DNA of 64,000 nucleotides, from NCBI GenBank assembly GCA_964187785.1, contig OZ076409.1, positions 50,160,001-50,224,000 of the forward strand, read 5' to 3'. The notes beneath the pieces are model-generated. The model saw nothing but the letters and a program-made list of their open reading frames with translations, was not told the DNA's origin and did not search any database. This DNA comes from Amphiscolops sp. MND2022 (Eukaryota). Within the stretch, counting starts at the first letter, position 1, and each line of letters begins with the position of its first letter. The position numbers were made by a program, and so were the translations under genes. This document shows, piece after piece, positions 52,759 to 64,000 of this stretch.

Positions 52759-53316
52759 TGTAAGGACTACTGTCCCTGGGGATTCTCTAGTCACAAGCAG
52801 ACCTTGAGTCCTTCTTCGTAATTTTAGTTTCAAACCCACTGTTCCTTTCAGTACTCCCCTGACTGTTAGGGGACAAACTTGCCTCCGTGTCACGATTTCC
52901 TAAGAATGACATTGAACTAACCATGTCCTGAAACTTTCGGCTATGGCATTGTTAATTGCCCTGTTTATTTGGCTGTGCATCATGGACATCCTTGAGTCCA
53001 TTTCTTGTGAAAGTCTCATGTTGAACTCACTAGTGAAAGTTTCCATTGTCTCCTGGAACCTATCCCTATGCATTAGGATTGTGTTCTCATGAACAAAATG
53101 TCTGAAATCATTTTCATGAGAGTCTTTTTCTCTAGGCTGTAAGTTAGACCCAGCGTCACCATGATCTTCCGAGTTTCCAATTACATTTGGAAGTTCCCGC
53201 TCAATAGCATTGGCAATGTCATTTCCAAGCATAACGTCCATATTTTCAAAATCGGACATCGTGCCCATTTCCCTTGATTTTCTAGCTTTCGCTTTCTGTT
53301 TTCTTGTGGAAGGCAT
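52759..53316 (-). pseudogene. LTR-encoded ORF of element 3 (MPSTRKQKAK...), probable Gag N-terminus
   Basis: One frameshift near 52935 and one stop, then reads ...RDSSPY to the TGTAAGG terminus at 52759. Confidence 0.55.
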
Positions 53317-54224
53317 AAGAGGCTATTGCAAGAGGTAAGAGATCAATTGTCTTAGGCTTGCAAACAAACAGTAACTAGTCTTTGATAGGCTGCAACAAAA
53401 GGGTATTAAAATTGTGTCCCCCGGTCCACGAATCCCGGGTATATATAGTATGAGATGCAAGACTATCGAGAAATTCGTGGTCATCATTCCAAAAATGGAT
53501 TATCCAATGCTAAAAATAGCTCTGTCTAATTTTAGAGTAGGTTACGTCAGAACTTCAAAGATGATGCTCGCCGACAATGCCGGGTAACATAACAAAATGA
53601 CAAGCAGAGAGAGTATTACATGTATGGAAAGATACTAGCAACATTACATGTATGTCAATTGTACAAGTCATGTATATGTAAAACTGGGTGCATTGGGAGT
53701 GTTACTAGGGGGGAAAGGACAGTAAGTCCGGTCCTTAGTTAAAAGGGTACGTTCCTGTAGTGTCTACGTTTATCATGGGTAACGATTTACTACACGTCAT
53801 AAGGGCCGTATTCAATTATCAGCACAACGCTTTTCATATTATTCTGATTTGGACCGGCGGTCCCATAGCCGTGATGCATTGCTTCAATTAGTTGAATGGC
53901 CGAGTATGGCTTTTATGTAAATGCACAAGTAGCACAGTATTAAAGATGCTCAACTCTCTTTGGTTGAAATTTACTTTGGATTCGATGTCCAAGGCGACAG
54001 GCAAGGAAACATTTGAACACGTTTCCTCTACCTGTACGCATTGGTGTCCAGTTACAAATTATATAAATTCAAATCGTATAATTAATTGTGAAATTAAGTG
54101 ACTGCATGTTTTTACCGTACAAATGAAATAAATTACACGAAAGAAAATCTTTCATAGCTCCGAATATTATTACCAAACTAATAGCAACAGTAAGAGAATA
54201 ATAAAACAGAAATGAGTTTTAGTT

Positions 54225-55190
54225 TTATATTGTCTTTTGGACAGCGTGTCTACTTTCCTTAATCGAGGGGGATCGTACCAGGGAGAGTGTTGTAGTGATT
54301 GTACGCAATTGAATACCATTTGCCATCGCAGGCGACCGCCTGCGACACACCCCCTGGCATGAGCAGAAACGCCCCGCCGACATCCCGTCTAGGAAGGCTC
54401 TCTTCCTCGTCTCCCTATCGGCCAGAGTCTCTCCAAGTACTGTTGTCTCATTCATATAATCGTTCACGGCTTCTGATTGAATCTGCGACACTGATTTTCC
54501 GCATACCACACAGTCCGAGTAGCTAACCAGCATAGATTCTTCTGACACAGCAATCCCTCTGAAGTGATTGGAGATGGAATCCATTGTGACAGTCTCATCA
54601 ACATATGAGCAGCTAGGCGCATTCACCCCGTAGTCCGGGCCTCTGTCAGCGACGAGAGGAGACAATAGGGTGTCTAACTGAGGCACTAGGTTGCGGCACA
54701 CACTCAGGGGGTGGTTGTTCCTTACCCTGTCGTCACAGGCCAATGGGCCATTTCCATTCCCTAGGTTAAAATACTTTTGGCTAAAGGCAGGGAACGGTGG
54801 TCGATTGGGCCTCGGCGTTGGGCACCTCTTCTGTGAATCAGTAGTTCCAGTTGCTGGTATCTGTATAGGATCGGCCAGCTGCCTTTCCACGCATTTTGCC
54901 ATTATTTGTATTTCTTCCGTTTCTGCATCCGATGGAGAGACCAGATCGCTCACTCAGCCAGAACTGATACAGTCCATTTGGTCTTTTTTGTCGCTATACA
55001 GATATATAATGGCTGGTTCCCCTTCGGACTGAGCCGCACCAATAAAATCCATGGGAGAGGTTTCTTGCAGATCCATGGTGTATCTCCTTTCGAAAATCTT
55101 TTTCGCAATTTTGAAAGAAGGTTTCAATATTTTTCTGAGCTTGTAAGGAGCAGCTGAACAGAGCAGTTGAAATCAGGAAAATGGTGACTT
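54225..55190 (-). CDS. Extra sense ORF of element 3 with a CxxC motif, function unknown
   Basis: 242-aa ORF 54225-54953 (SDCVVCGKSV...RKRAFLDGMSAG); the frame appears to extend upstream past a stop. Confidence 0.5.
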
Positions 55191-56430
55191 CATTCTCTGT
55201 CGACCCGCGGGATTTTTATCGAGTTTCGTCTTCCCTTTCCAGGGTTTTGTGCTTCGTTTTGTGCTCCGAATGATTTCTCAACAACAAAAACTTTCCTTTC
55301 TTTCTTTCAATTTTCTTTCAACATTCTTTCAACTAACCGCTTAGGCCACTTTGAAATTACCGACAGCGCATTGTTGACTCTCATAATTTCTACTAACACT
55401 CTTAGTTCTGAAGCATAGCGATAAGTATTTGTTAACACTCACACTCCACTGGAAAGTTTCAAGTGGATGAAGATATGGCTGAAGGCCACGCTGTCTCGTT
55501 CCTTCTGAGGTGGCCAATTAAAACGCAGAGAAATATCTTTATTCAGAAAATGGCTGTCCAAGGTCGGAAATCCATATAAGAAATAAAATAAGATGACCTT
55601 GAAAAATATAATAAAATGAAATAATAATGGTGAAATGCTAAAATAATCGTGATATTATAGAATAATTGTATGAAGTAAAAAAGTTTTCGAAATAAGTAAA
55701 ATAATGTAGATATCGCTGGTTGACTTTATCCACATATCCTTGTAAATCCAAAATAATTGTAAATTTGACACCAAACTGTATAGCCACGAACTCCAATTTT
55801 GACATCCTGTCACTTTGTCGTTTCACCATTTCAATTTTTTAATATTTGATTCTTTTCAGTTTACTTCCTCATTCGTATTATTTAGTATTTATTTGTCATC
55901 AGTATTATACGTTAGTTAGTCGTGGAGATAGTCTTCATTTGTATTTATTCAAAGTCTTCATTTATACAATCTCCTTGGGACATCCTGTCCATATATCCCT
56001 ACTTTTGTGGATTTTTCTGGGTTACTCCGGATAATCGACATTGAATCCCCATTTGGTAACTCTCAGCCACTTCCAGAATTCCCTTCTTTCTTAAGGACGT
56101 TTGCAGCCCTTTTCCAATTCTGCAGTAGCCAAGAGATTGTGCACCGGGTCATTCTGCCGATACTTTACTGCAATTTCGCCTTGATCTACAAGCAGCGATA
56201 TCACATCCTTTTCCAGCAATTTTCACCTCGGCTTCATCTGATAGCACATTTCCTAGCAGATTTCAAGGAGCTCGGTAGACTTCAAGTCTCTTCTTTCAAT
56301 TCCATTTCAATATTGAACTAATTTGAGGCTTGATCAGGGCTCTCATTTCACTCACGTACTTCCCGTCCAATAACCCAAGTGTTCACTTTGAGCTCGGAAT
56401 ATCTACTTCCGGAAGACTTTTAACGCGGTA

Positions 56431-59400
56431 ATGGATTCATATTCAGGAGGGTTCCCGCTTGATTTTGTTTCTCTCTGTCGTATGAACAGCCAATTGATGA
56501 AACTCATACACAACCAGCTGACATTTCTACTGTAGTGCAAATCTTGCCAGACGTTCACAACACCGATCATTCCCAAACAATCAGCAGAAAAGGGCTAGAG
56601 CAACCTCCAGGACTGCGTCCCTTGTCCAATCTGTCCTCCAACAGTGCAAATACAGAAGGAAGTCGCTCATCTTTTGCAGATCAGACATTACGTACATTGG
56701 CTGCTTTAGACCCCAGCTTAGACATCACCTTCTTGTTAGCGCCAAGCCAGTCTTCACAACACGGCGGGATCGAACTAGCCCTTGGCAAGGCCTCAGAGTC
56801 AGAGGCACTAACACTTGGCCAGCCTGAAGTCCAATACGTAAGTACGGAACAGCAGGGTAACTCCAGGCAAAATGAGCTCCTTCGACTGGAGAGAAGAGCA
56901 CAAGAAGAATTACTTTGAGACTGATGCAAGTGAAGTGGAGGATTTGTACGACAGCGCTGGCGCCGAAGGGCTGGCTGAGGGGCCTACCTCCAGTATCGTG
57001 AAGTCTGAGCTTTTTTCAGCTCCAGAAGAAGATCGAGAGACGGACGATCAGAATATCAGCAAGCCTGAAGGATCTCATCTACATAGCGAGGTCAAGCTCC
57101 CTGTCCAGCTTTCTGCCAATGGTCGGATCATGCTACGAAAGTACTTCACTGAGACAGCTCCTATTGAGCTCCCTAGAGGACATACCTTGGTTGCATCCAG
57201 CGAACCCCAGATTCACGCAGTGCTTAAGACCATTTCGGATGAGACAGTAAAATCTTCTTTACATGCCATGCGTTCTCTAGACCTGCAGGCGGTTTATGGG
57301 GAAAGGGTCAGACCGCCGGAAAATTCAGAAAAGCCTTGATCCGAGGAATCACTGCAGCTAGGGGTAAGTCGGCGAGCTCTGAAGTGGAATCGGAGAGTGA
57401 TAGCTACTCTACTGCTGGCTACACTAGCGGAGCATTCGCTACAGACGAGGAAAGAGGAGTAGCTTCTTTCAGTCAGGGAGCCGAGTCCGATACAAACAAT
57501 TCGACTGGAGGGACGCAAACTAAAGAGAGGGGGAACGTTCGTAATTCTGGGCACGCCACAGTCCCTAGCCCAGGTTACATACGAGCATTTGGGCAAGCTC
57601 GACAAGATAACTGGGACCACGGTCCACGCCGTTAGGGGGAAGGACGGACACATACTCTCCGCGTATGAGCTGGAAAAGGAGAAGCCCCTATTTGAGTCTG
57701 CTCGTCTCGTAGATATCGGCCCCCGTTTCCCATTCTATGATGAGTACATGGCGAGTGCAGGAGGACTGACTAACCCTGATTGGAAGAATCGTGCCTTATT
57801 TTGGTGACATCGTCATACTGATAGGACTTTGGGCCATCGTCATACTGAAAGGTGGGCAATTTCACCAATCATCAAGCCAATTGGATTACCTCGTGAAGAT
57901 CCAAATTTGCCGATATAGCTTGATCTCTGATCCAGCTCGGAATCAGTTGCTTGTGATAGCTCGACTCTTTTCTTTTCTTTCTACTGCACCCCTAGTTATG
58001 TGCATGTCAGGATGTACTTCTGACGTCCTCCAAACAGTCGAGCAGTTGAAGAAGGGGATCGAGTACCCTTTTCGATACCAGGTCCTTTCGATGCATAAAC
58101 TGATGCATAAACGAGAAGGGAGTGTATTCGGACGGATAGACCTTCACATACAACTCAATACCTACTGGCTTACTTAGCTAATAGCCTTGACGAACCCTGG
58201 ATGGCCAAAACTCATGAAGTCTCCGCAGAAAGATTCGTTTCCAGTGTTAGGGATAGGTTACATCTTGTACACCAGTTCCATAGCATTGTTCTTTCTAGGC
58301 CATCGTCAGTTGTAACTCGCGACTTCGGTCTATCCCCACCGAATGCTCGGAGATCATCACAAATTTGCAGCCCTCCTTGGACCACATTACTAGGATTGCG
58401 CCTAGTTACGAGATGCTAGGGATCAAAAACAAGGTTGTGGTTTGTTCCATTGACTAATCCAATCGTTGACTTGTACTTTATAGTCTCATGGTCTGAACAC
58501 TATTGGCAAGTCTTGTTTTCTTTTAGCCTCGGAGTCTGGAATGGCAGATCGTCAGTGATGACTTCTTCCCAATCAAGCTGGTTTTTTATGGGCGAGTCGT
58601 GTACGATTGTAAGTATCTCTTCTTTCATTATTTACGTTTGGAGTAAGCCGGTTTTCGCAATGTTCCAACTCTTCTAAAGGCTCGTAGGTCAAGATATCTT
58701 ATTGTCGAATCTTTGTTGTTTAGATAATGTCTGACTCGAAAGGAGCCTAGTGGGTCATCGAGATTCTGGATTCTTCACTTTTGGCCAGCGAAATACTTTC
58801 GTCCGAAAACTCTGCTACCGATCTCTTCTTCTGAAGCACATTCCCAAAGAGACGGATTGGACACAATTGCCCGTGCTTCGTACTGCCGAGCTTCGGCAGT
58901 TGTCATCCAGAGATTTTCTCACCAGACTGAGGTTAAAATTGGACCTTGATGCAGCAGCGAGGACCTAAAGTGAAGCGAGGCAACAGCGACCGAGATGGCC
59001 CAATTCCTTATTTGGCTGAATAAAAACACCAAGGAGAAGTTCATTGCCAAGGCAAGAGGTTACATCGTTTTCTTGCTTGAGATCTTCCTAAACCACATTA
59101 GCCTGAATGCCAACATCGTGAGGGGGATGGCTTGGTTCGATCCCAACATACTTTTGTGTATTCCATCGGAGCAAGCCACACTTTGGTTTGCAGCCCTATA
59201 TCAGAGTTTCAGTCTCCGAGGCTGGTTGGAGAGTTCTCCTGAGGACGACTGCAGTGACGAATGTCTGGAGTTTGCAGGGCATTTTCGTCAGACCTACACT
59301 TCCTCGAAGCATTCGCCAGATGAGTTTCTCGACATGGTGGATTTATTGTCTGGAATGTCTGAGCTCCGTAATTGGCCCCATCTCTTTCGATTGTTTCGGC

Positions 59401-59887
59401 TGAATTGAATGTGTCTCGTCTCGCTGAGAACACCCCACTGCTTCCTCCCATCCGATTCTACGATGTCGATTCACACATGCCAAAGTGTAAGCTGGCAGAT
59501 GTTCTGTTACCAGCACAATCTTTTCTGGCCCGGGTTCCCGAATCCATTCCTATTTGCACGAAGGATGAGTCGTTGGCCAAATTCCGCGAATTAGAAGATC
59601 AAATCAATACAGGCAACGTAGCAGGCAATCCTTGGAGTCATGTCAACATATTTGGAAAAGCAGGCTTCTATACAATTCTCTGCCAAGTGCATAAGTCATT
59701 CACACAGAAGCCCAAGTCAGCGTTTTCCAGTCGTTCCTTCTCTGGTTCCAATTCGCCCAGTACCAGTGCACGACGTGAAGGATCCCCCGGAAAAGGAAAA
59801 CGGAAAGTTGCCTTTGAATCAAGAGAGCCTTCTAAGGAGGGTAGTGTCCCACAAAAGCCTGAACAGTCTACTGCATCTAAATCTTAA
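56431..59887 (+). pseudogene. Antisense cargo gene of element 3, degenerate hAT-transposase-like
   Basis: Acidic/Ser-rich N-terminus; VMCMSGC; FIAKARGYIVFLLEIFLNHISLNANIVRGMAWFDPNILL...DCSDECLEF...WPHLFRLFRL; GT-AG intron 58609-58723; internal deletions. Confidence 0.72.
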
Positions 59888-60142
59888 ATGTACATAGTGT
59901 ACATTTGTTGTCCCAAACTTCTGTCCATTTGTGACTCTGTTCTTTGTATTTATTGTGTTTATCTTGTTTTGATGTTATTTTGTATTGTCTTTGGTTGTTT
60001 TTGTGGGCCTTGTATTGTACGCCACTAATTCGCTTTGTCGACACATATTTATTCAAAAAAAATGCAGTCAGAATATTCCCAGGTAAAAATACATGTCCTT
60101 TGAGGACAGATAGCAAAAATGACCTGTAATTTGATATTCTGA

Positions 60143-63100
60143 CTAGTATCTGTATTCGTCAGTAAAGTTGGGGTTGGGGTTAGGTCGAAGAACATATTTC
60201 CCTCCTCTAGGGCTCGAATTTTCCTCAGGTTTTTCATTTTCCGACATTGCGGGCGCGGTAAAATCTGCGCCTCCATTTGAAGCAATTCCCGTGTTTTCTA
60301 AACCATTAGTGACGTCCTTTTTATTTTCTGTCCCACTAGGCAATTCATTCAGTGGGGACGTCTCGTCTCGGCTGCTGGCCGGTCTCGGCCTTATTTCATC
60401 TTCGGTGACGTCACTTTCATTCCTTTCTTCGCTGCTGCGTTCATCTTCATTCGTGTTGGAGCGGTCGTATTCGGTGACCTAATTGTCCACTCCGCCGGTG
60501 GCGGCGTCGCTTGGCAGACGCGTGGCCGTGTCCGATCAATTATCTTTTCCGGTTCCAAAAAACTCACAGTCGAAGTGTTCTTCCCATGAAATAGTATACA
60601 AGTCGTCTTGCGGTATTACTATCTCCTCATCAGACTGTAGTTTTTCACCAGAGTAATTATCCTGTAAAGGCGTATTAGATACCATTTTTTTCAGCCTAAT
60701 CCTTTGTAATATTTGCGTTTTATTGGTGTTTACCCGACGCACAATATAAATGTGATTTGACAAGACTTTTTGAATAACAAAAGGGCCAATCCAGTGATAG
60801 TGTCTGAATGGAATTTCCAATGCTTGTAGGTCAGCTTTAGGTTGTAGGATGAAACAATACTCCCCCTCCTTGAGCAGAGCAGCTTTGGCCTTCCGGTCAT
60901 GATAGTCCTTGTGTTTCAAGTACGACTGCATGATGTTTTTCTTTGTTTGATCGATGAGGATTTGTGTTCTCTGTTGTACTTCTTCCGCAAATTCTGTAGT
61001 TGGCAAAAAGTTTTTATCAGGATTATTTTCTAATCTTTGGTCAAGGACATTGTGGGGAATGCGTCCATGAGATACTATGCTTGGTTCACATCCAATACTT
61101 GAGTGGTATGTAGTATAATAATTGAGTACAGCTAATGGCAGGTATCTGTGCCATTGGCGTCGATATTCCCTTGAGGCCATTTTCAAATTTGTTTTGAGAA
61201 AGGCGTGCGTCCTTTCCAATTTGCCAATTGTTCGCGGGTGTTTTGTGGTAGAGCATTTGAGTGTTATACCCAAGATTTGTGTAATTTCCGCTACAATCGT
61301 TGAGGTAAATGCGGACCCTTTGTCCGTGATGAGGGTTGTTGGCAGGTATGAATGCTTTGTCATGATATCAATTAGCACCTTGGCTACATTTGTGTCTGTT
61401 GCCTCAATTAGCGGGTATGCAAAAAAAGTAGCTTGAAAAAACATCAATCGCCGTTATCATCGTCTGGTATCCCCCACTGGTAGATAAATTTGATATAACA
61501 TCATTTTGCATGACATCTTCTGGACCATTCCAGCAAGTTAAGTAATTCCGGTGTTAATATTATATTATTTGGGACACGTTTATCCTTGGCACATATTTGC
61601 AACCTTCTACCCATTTTTGACGTGTTTTGCTAGCCCCTGTAGCTTTATTTTTTGCAAAATTCCTGCAGCATTTTTGATATACCAGGGTGTTTGTGTGCCG
61701 TGCCATGTAGGGCAAGTAACAATTCTATCACCAAGTGTTTAGGAAGTAATATTTGATGATATTGGACTTGACCACTTTCATCATAATATTGTCTCGTGAT
61801 TACTTCGTCCTTGAGGACTTTGCGTTCGAAGTTGTTCAAGTAGTGCTTGTACCGTATGTCCTGTTGGAGAATTTCCTCAGAACACTCTTCATTCTGGATT
61901 TTCGCTTTAAGTTGGAGTAATCTTGGGTTTCTAGCCTGCTCCATCAGTATCTGATTAGTTCGTCGTAACTTTTTGGTGAAATTGGTTATTTCATCCACAT
62001 TATTTTCGGATATTGCATCAATTTGTATTATAGTCTCGTCGACTTTATGCCCTTCTTTGGACAATCGGTTGCGCTCCCAAGTTTGTTCTTCTGTCTCATC
62101 TCCTTCTTCAGTGAAGAATACTTGTTCTTCCTCGGACTCACCGGCCGATTGAACATTAACTTCAATAGGTCTGTATTCAACGTCCTCTCATATTTTCAGG
62201 ATGAATTTCTCATTTGGATCCATTTTCATACGAGACAAGTAGTCCGCCGCTGTGTTGTTTTTCCCTGCAGTGTGAGCTATGATAAACTTGAACTGAATCA
62301 CATAGCCACATGCATTCCAGAGTGGCGGTGGTATAACTTTTGTCTGGAAGAACCGCGTAACTGATTTGTTATCTGTGAGGATGATTATCGGTTTCGGAGA
62401 TCCCCATCTTGAGTTGTCATCTTGAGTTGTGAAGGAGATAAGTCTTTGATCCATTAGCTATGGGAGCATTGGACTTTTTGGCGGAAGTAAACTTTTGGTT
62501 TGGGTCGTCTTCGGTTAGAATGGCGTAACCGGCTGCCGTAAAGCTGGCATCTGACATCAGGACCAGTTGTTTGTTCGGCAATGGTTGCTTCAAGGCTAGT
62601 TGGCTACACCTGTCGAGATCCCGTTAGTTTCGTTGAATTGTTGTACTAATTCCGTGGTCACTAGGAAATTATCGTCCTTTTTAAGGAGTTGAAAAAACGG
62701 TACTTGTTTTTCGGATAAACTTGGGCTATAATTTCTGAAGTAATTGAGAAAACCAAGATAACGTTACAAGGCCTTCTTGGACTTCGGGAATTTTGTCTTT
62801 TCCAAGAAAATAGTAATTCTTTTTTGAGGCTTAACACCTTCTGGGGTGATGGTTCGTCCCAAAAAATCAATTTCGGTAGCGCCGAAGTGGCACTTGTGCA
62901 TCGTTAGTTTCAATCCAGCTTCTCTGATTCTTTCGAAGGTCGCCCTCAAGTTTTTAATAAGTTGGTCGGCGTCGCTGACTGCAATGCTGATTTCGTCGAC
63001 GTATTGGGCGCATTGATCCGCTTTGATGATTCGGTCAAGGTATTCCCTCATGAAACTGGAAAAGGCCGATAAGTCTCTAATAAGTCCCTGAGCCAATCGT

Positions 63101-64000
63101 CTATAGGCGAACGTCCTGCTTGCAAAGTTAAATGCTAGCATTTCTTTGGACCTCTGGTCCGCCATCCGAAGACAGTGATAGGCCTGGGAACAGTCTAGAT
63201 AGCAGAAGAGTTTCTTCCCTGCCATGTGTTGTGCGGCATCTGTCAGAGTACTGACTGGGTGGTTATTATTAATATAATCATCTGAGATGAAATTATTAGG
63301 TTTCCTCAGGTCGGTCAGTAGTCTGAGTTTGCCATTGGGTGTTTTCTGCGCGAATATGGGGCTGGCGTGTTTAAAAAATGGCAGGGTTGTAATAATGCCA
63401 TATTTGTGGAGTGATGCCAGCTCAACCAATATGTCCTCTTCTAAGTTCACTGGTGCTGGTAAACTTTGGCTGTAGGCTGGGGAATCATCCTTAGGGTTAA
63501 TTTGACTGTAAACTCTTCATTTATGCCAATGTTGAATCTGTGGCGTGCGAATATATCATGGAACTCTACCAAAAGTGATTCAATCCTTTTGCTCTCATGC
63601 TGTTGTAGCATCGAGTCCTTGCAGTCAAAGTTGCTGAAGATCTTGCGGCGAGATTCTTCGTCATCATTCGGGTTCAGTTTTTCCGCTTCTTGCAAGTTGC
63701 GTAATTCTCTGAGTATTCATTGCTGTATGGGTGTACGAGACGTTTCGTCTCCTGGTATTTCGGGTGTTGGGAACCAGTATTGTTCGTATTGGTCATTGTT
63801 CCGATTCGCTTTCAGGAGGCTGCTAATGTTTTGGATAGCATCCTCTTCATTCTCTTTTATTAAATGCCATGTAGACACTGGGTCTATTGGTCTGACATGT
63901 TTCATTTGTTCGAGAGTCAACACTGAGAAGTTTGCTATATGCAATCATTTTTTGAGCTTGTAAGGTTGATCAGTGAAATTGTTGACGCGTATTCCTATGG
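60143..64000 (-). pseudogene. Element 3 pol (RT, RNase H, integrase), disrupted
   Basis: AQYVDE (YVDD mutated); MSDASFTAAG; LTDNKSV; HGTAHKHPG; ITDKGSAF; GKLERTH; tail KYVLRPNPNP. Confidence 0.93.

Larger units (their letters stand above)
52759..64000 (-). mobile_element. Second long Gypsy (element 3) with antisense hAT-like cargo; continues beyond the window
   Basis: RT/RH/IN homologous to element 1 (NNHPVSTLTDAAQHMAGKK, LDCSQAYHC); same gene order; probable 3' LTR ~52759-53684. Confidence 0.88.

Overview
Repeat-rich eukaryotic (probably invertebrate animal) DNA with one 200-N gap. The only host gene is a spliced CAP/SCP-domain gene on the minus strand (about 4979-24642). Its ~18-kb first intron holds a MITE, a solo LTR and a 14.3-kb Ty3/Gypsy element (9676-23981, TSD CCGGG). 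Further along are a non-autonomous BEL/Pao element (25395-31939, TSD AAGTT), a decayed LINE, Helentron-like repeats, a second decayed BEL, a TA-flanked MITE, a Mag-like Gypsy fragment and a second long Gypsy (52759 to window end). Main finding: the two divergent long Gypsy elements share an unusual layout of pol, an antisense intron-containing gene resembling a catalytically dead hAT transposase, a divergent sense ORF, and a long LTR whose ORF runs off the LTR end. Element 1 is studded with a fixed-geometry site, CGATG-N6-CGATG-N9-CATCG-N6-CATCG, with half-sites in its LTR, cargo promoter, cargo introns and pol linkers. This suggests a self-targeting DNA-binding (regulatory or anti-silencing) system. 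All family assignments come from motif recognition by eye; no searches were run.
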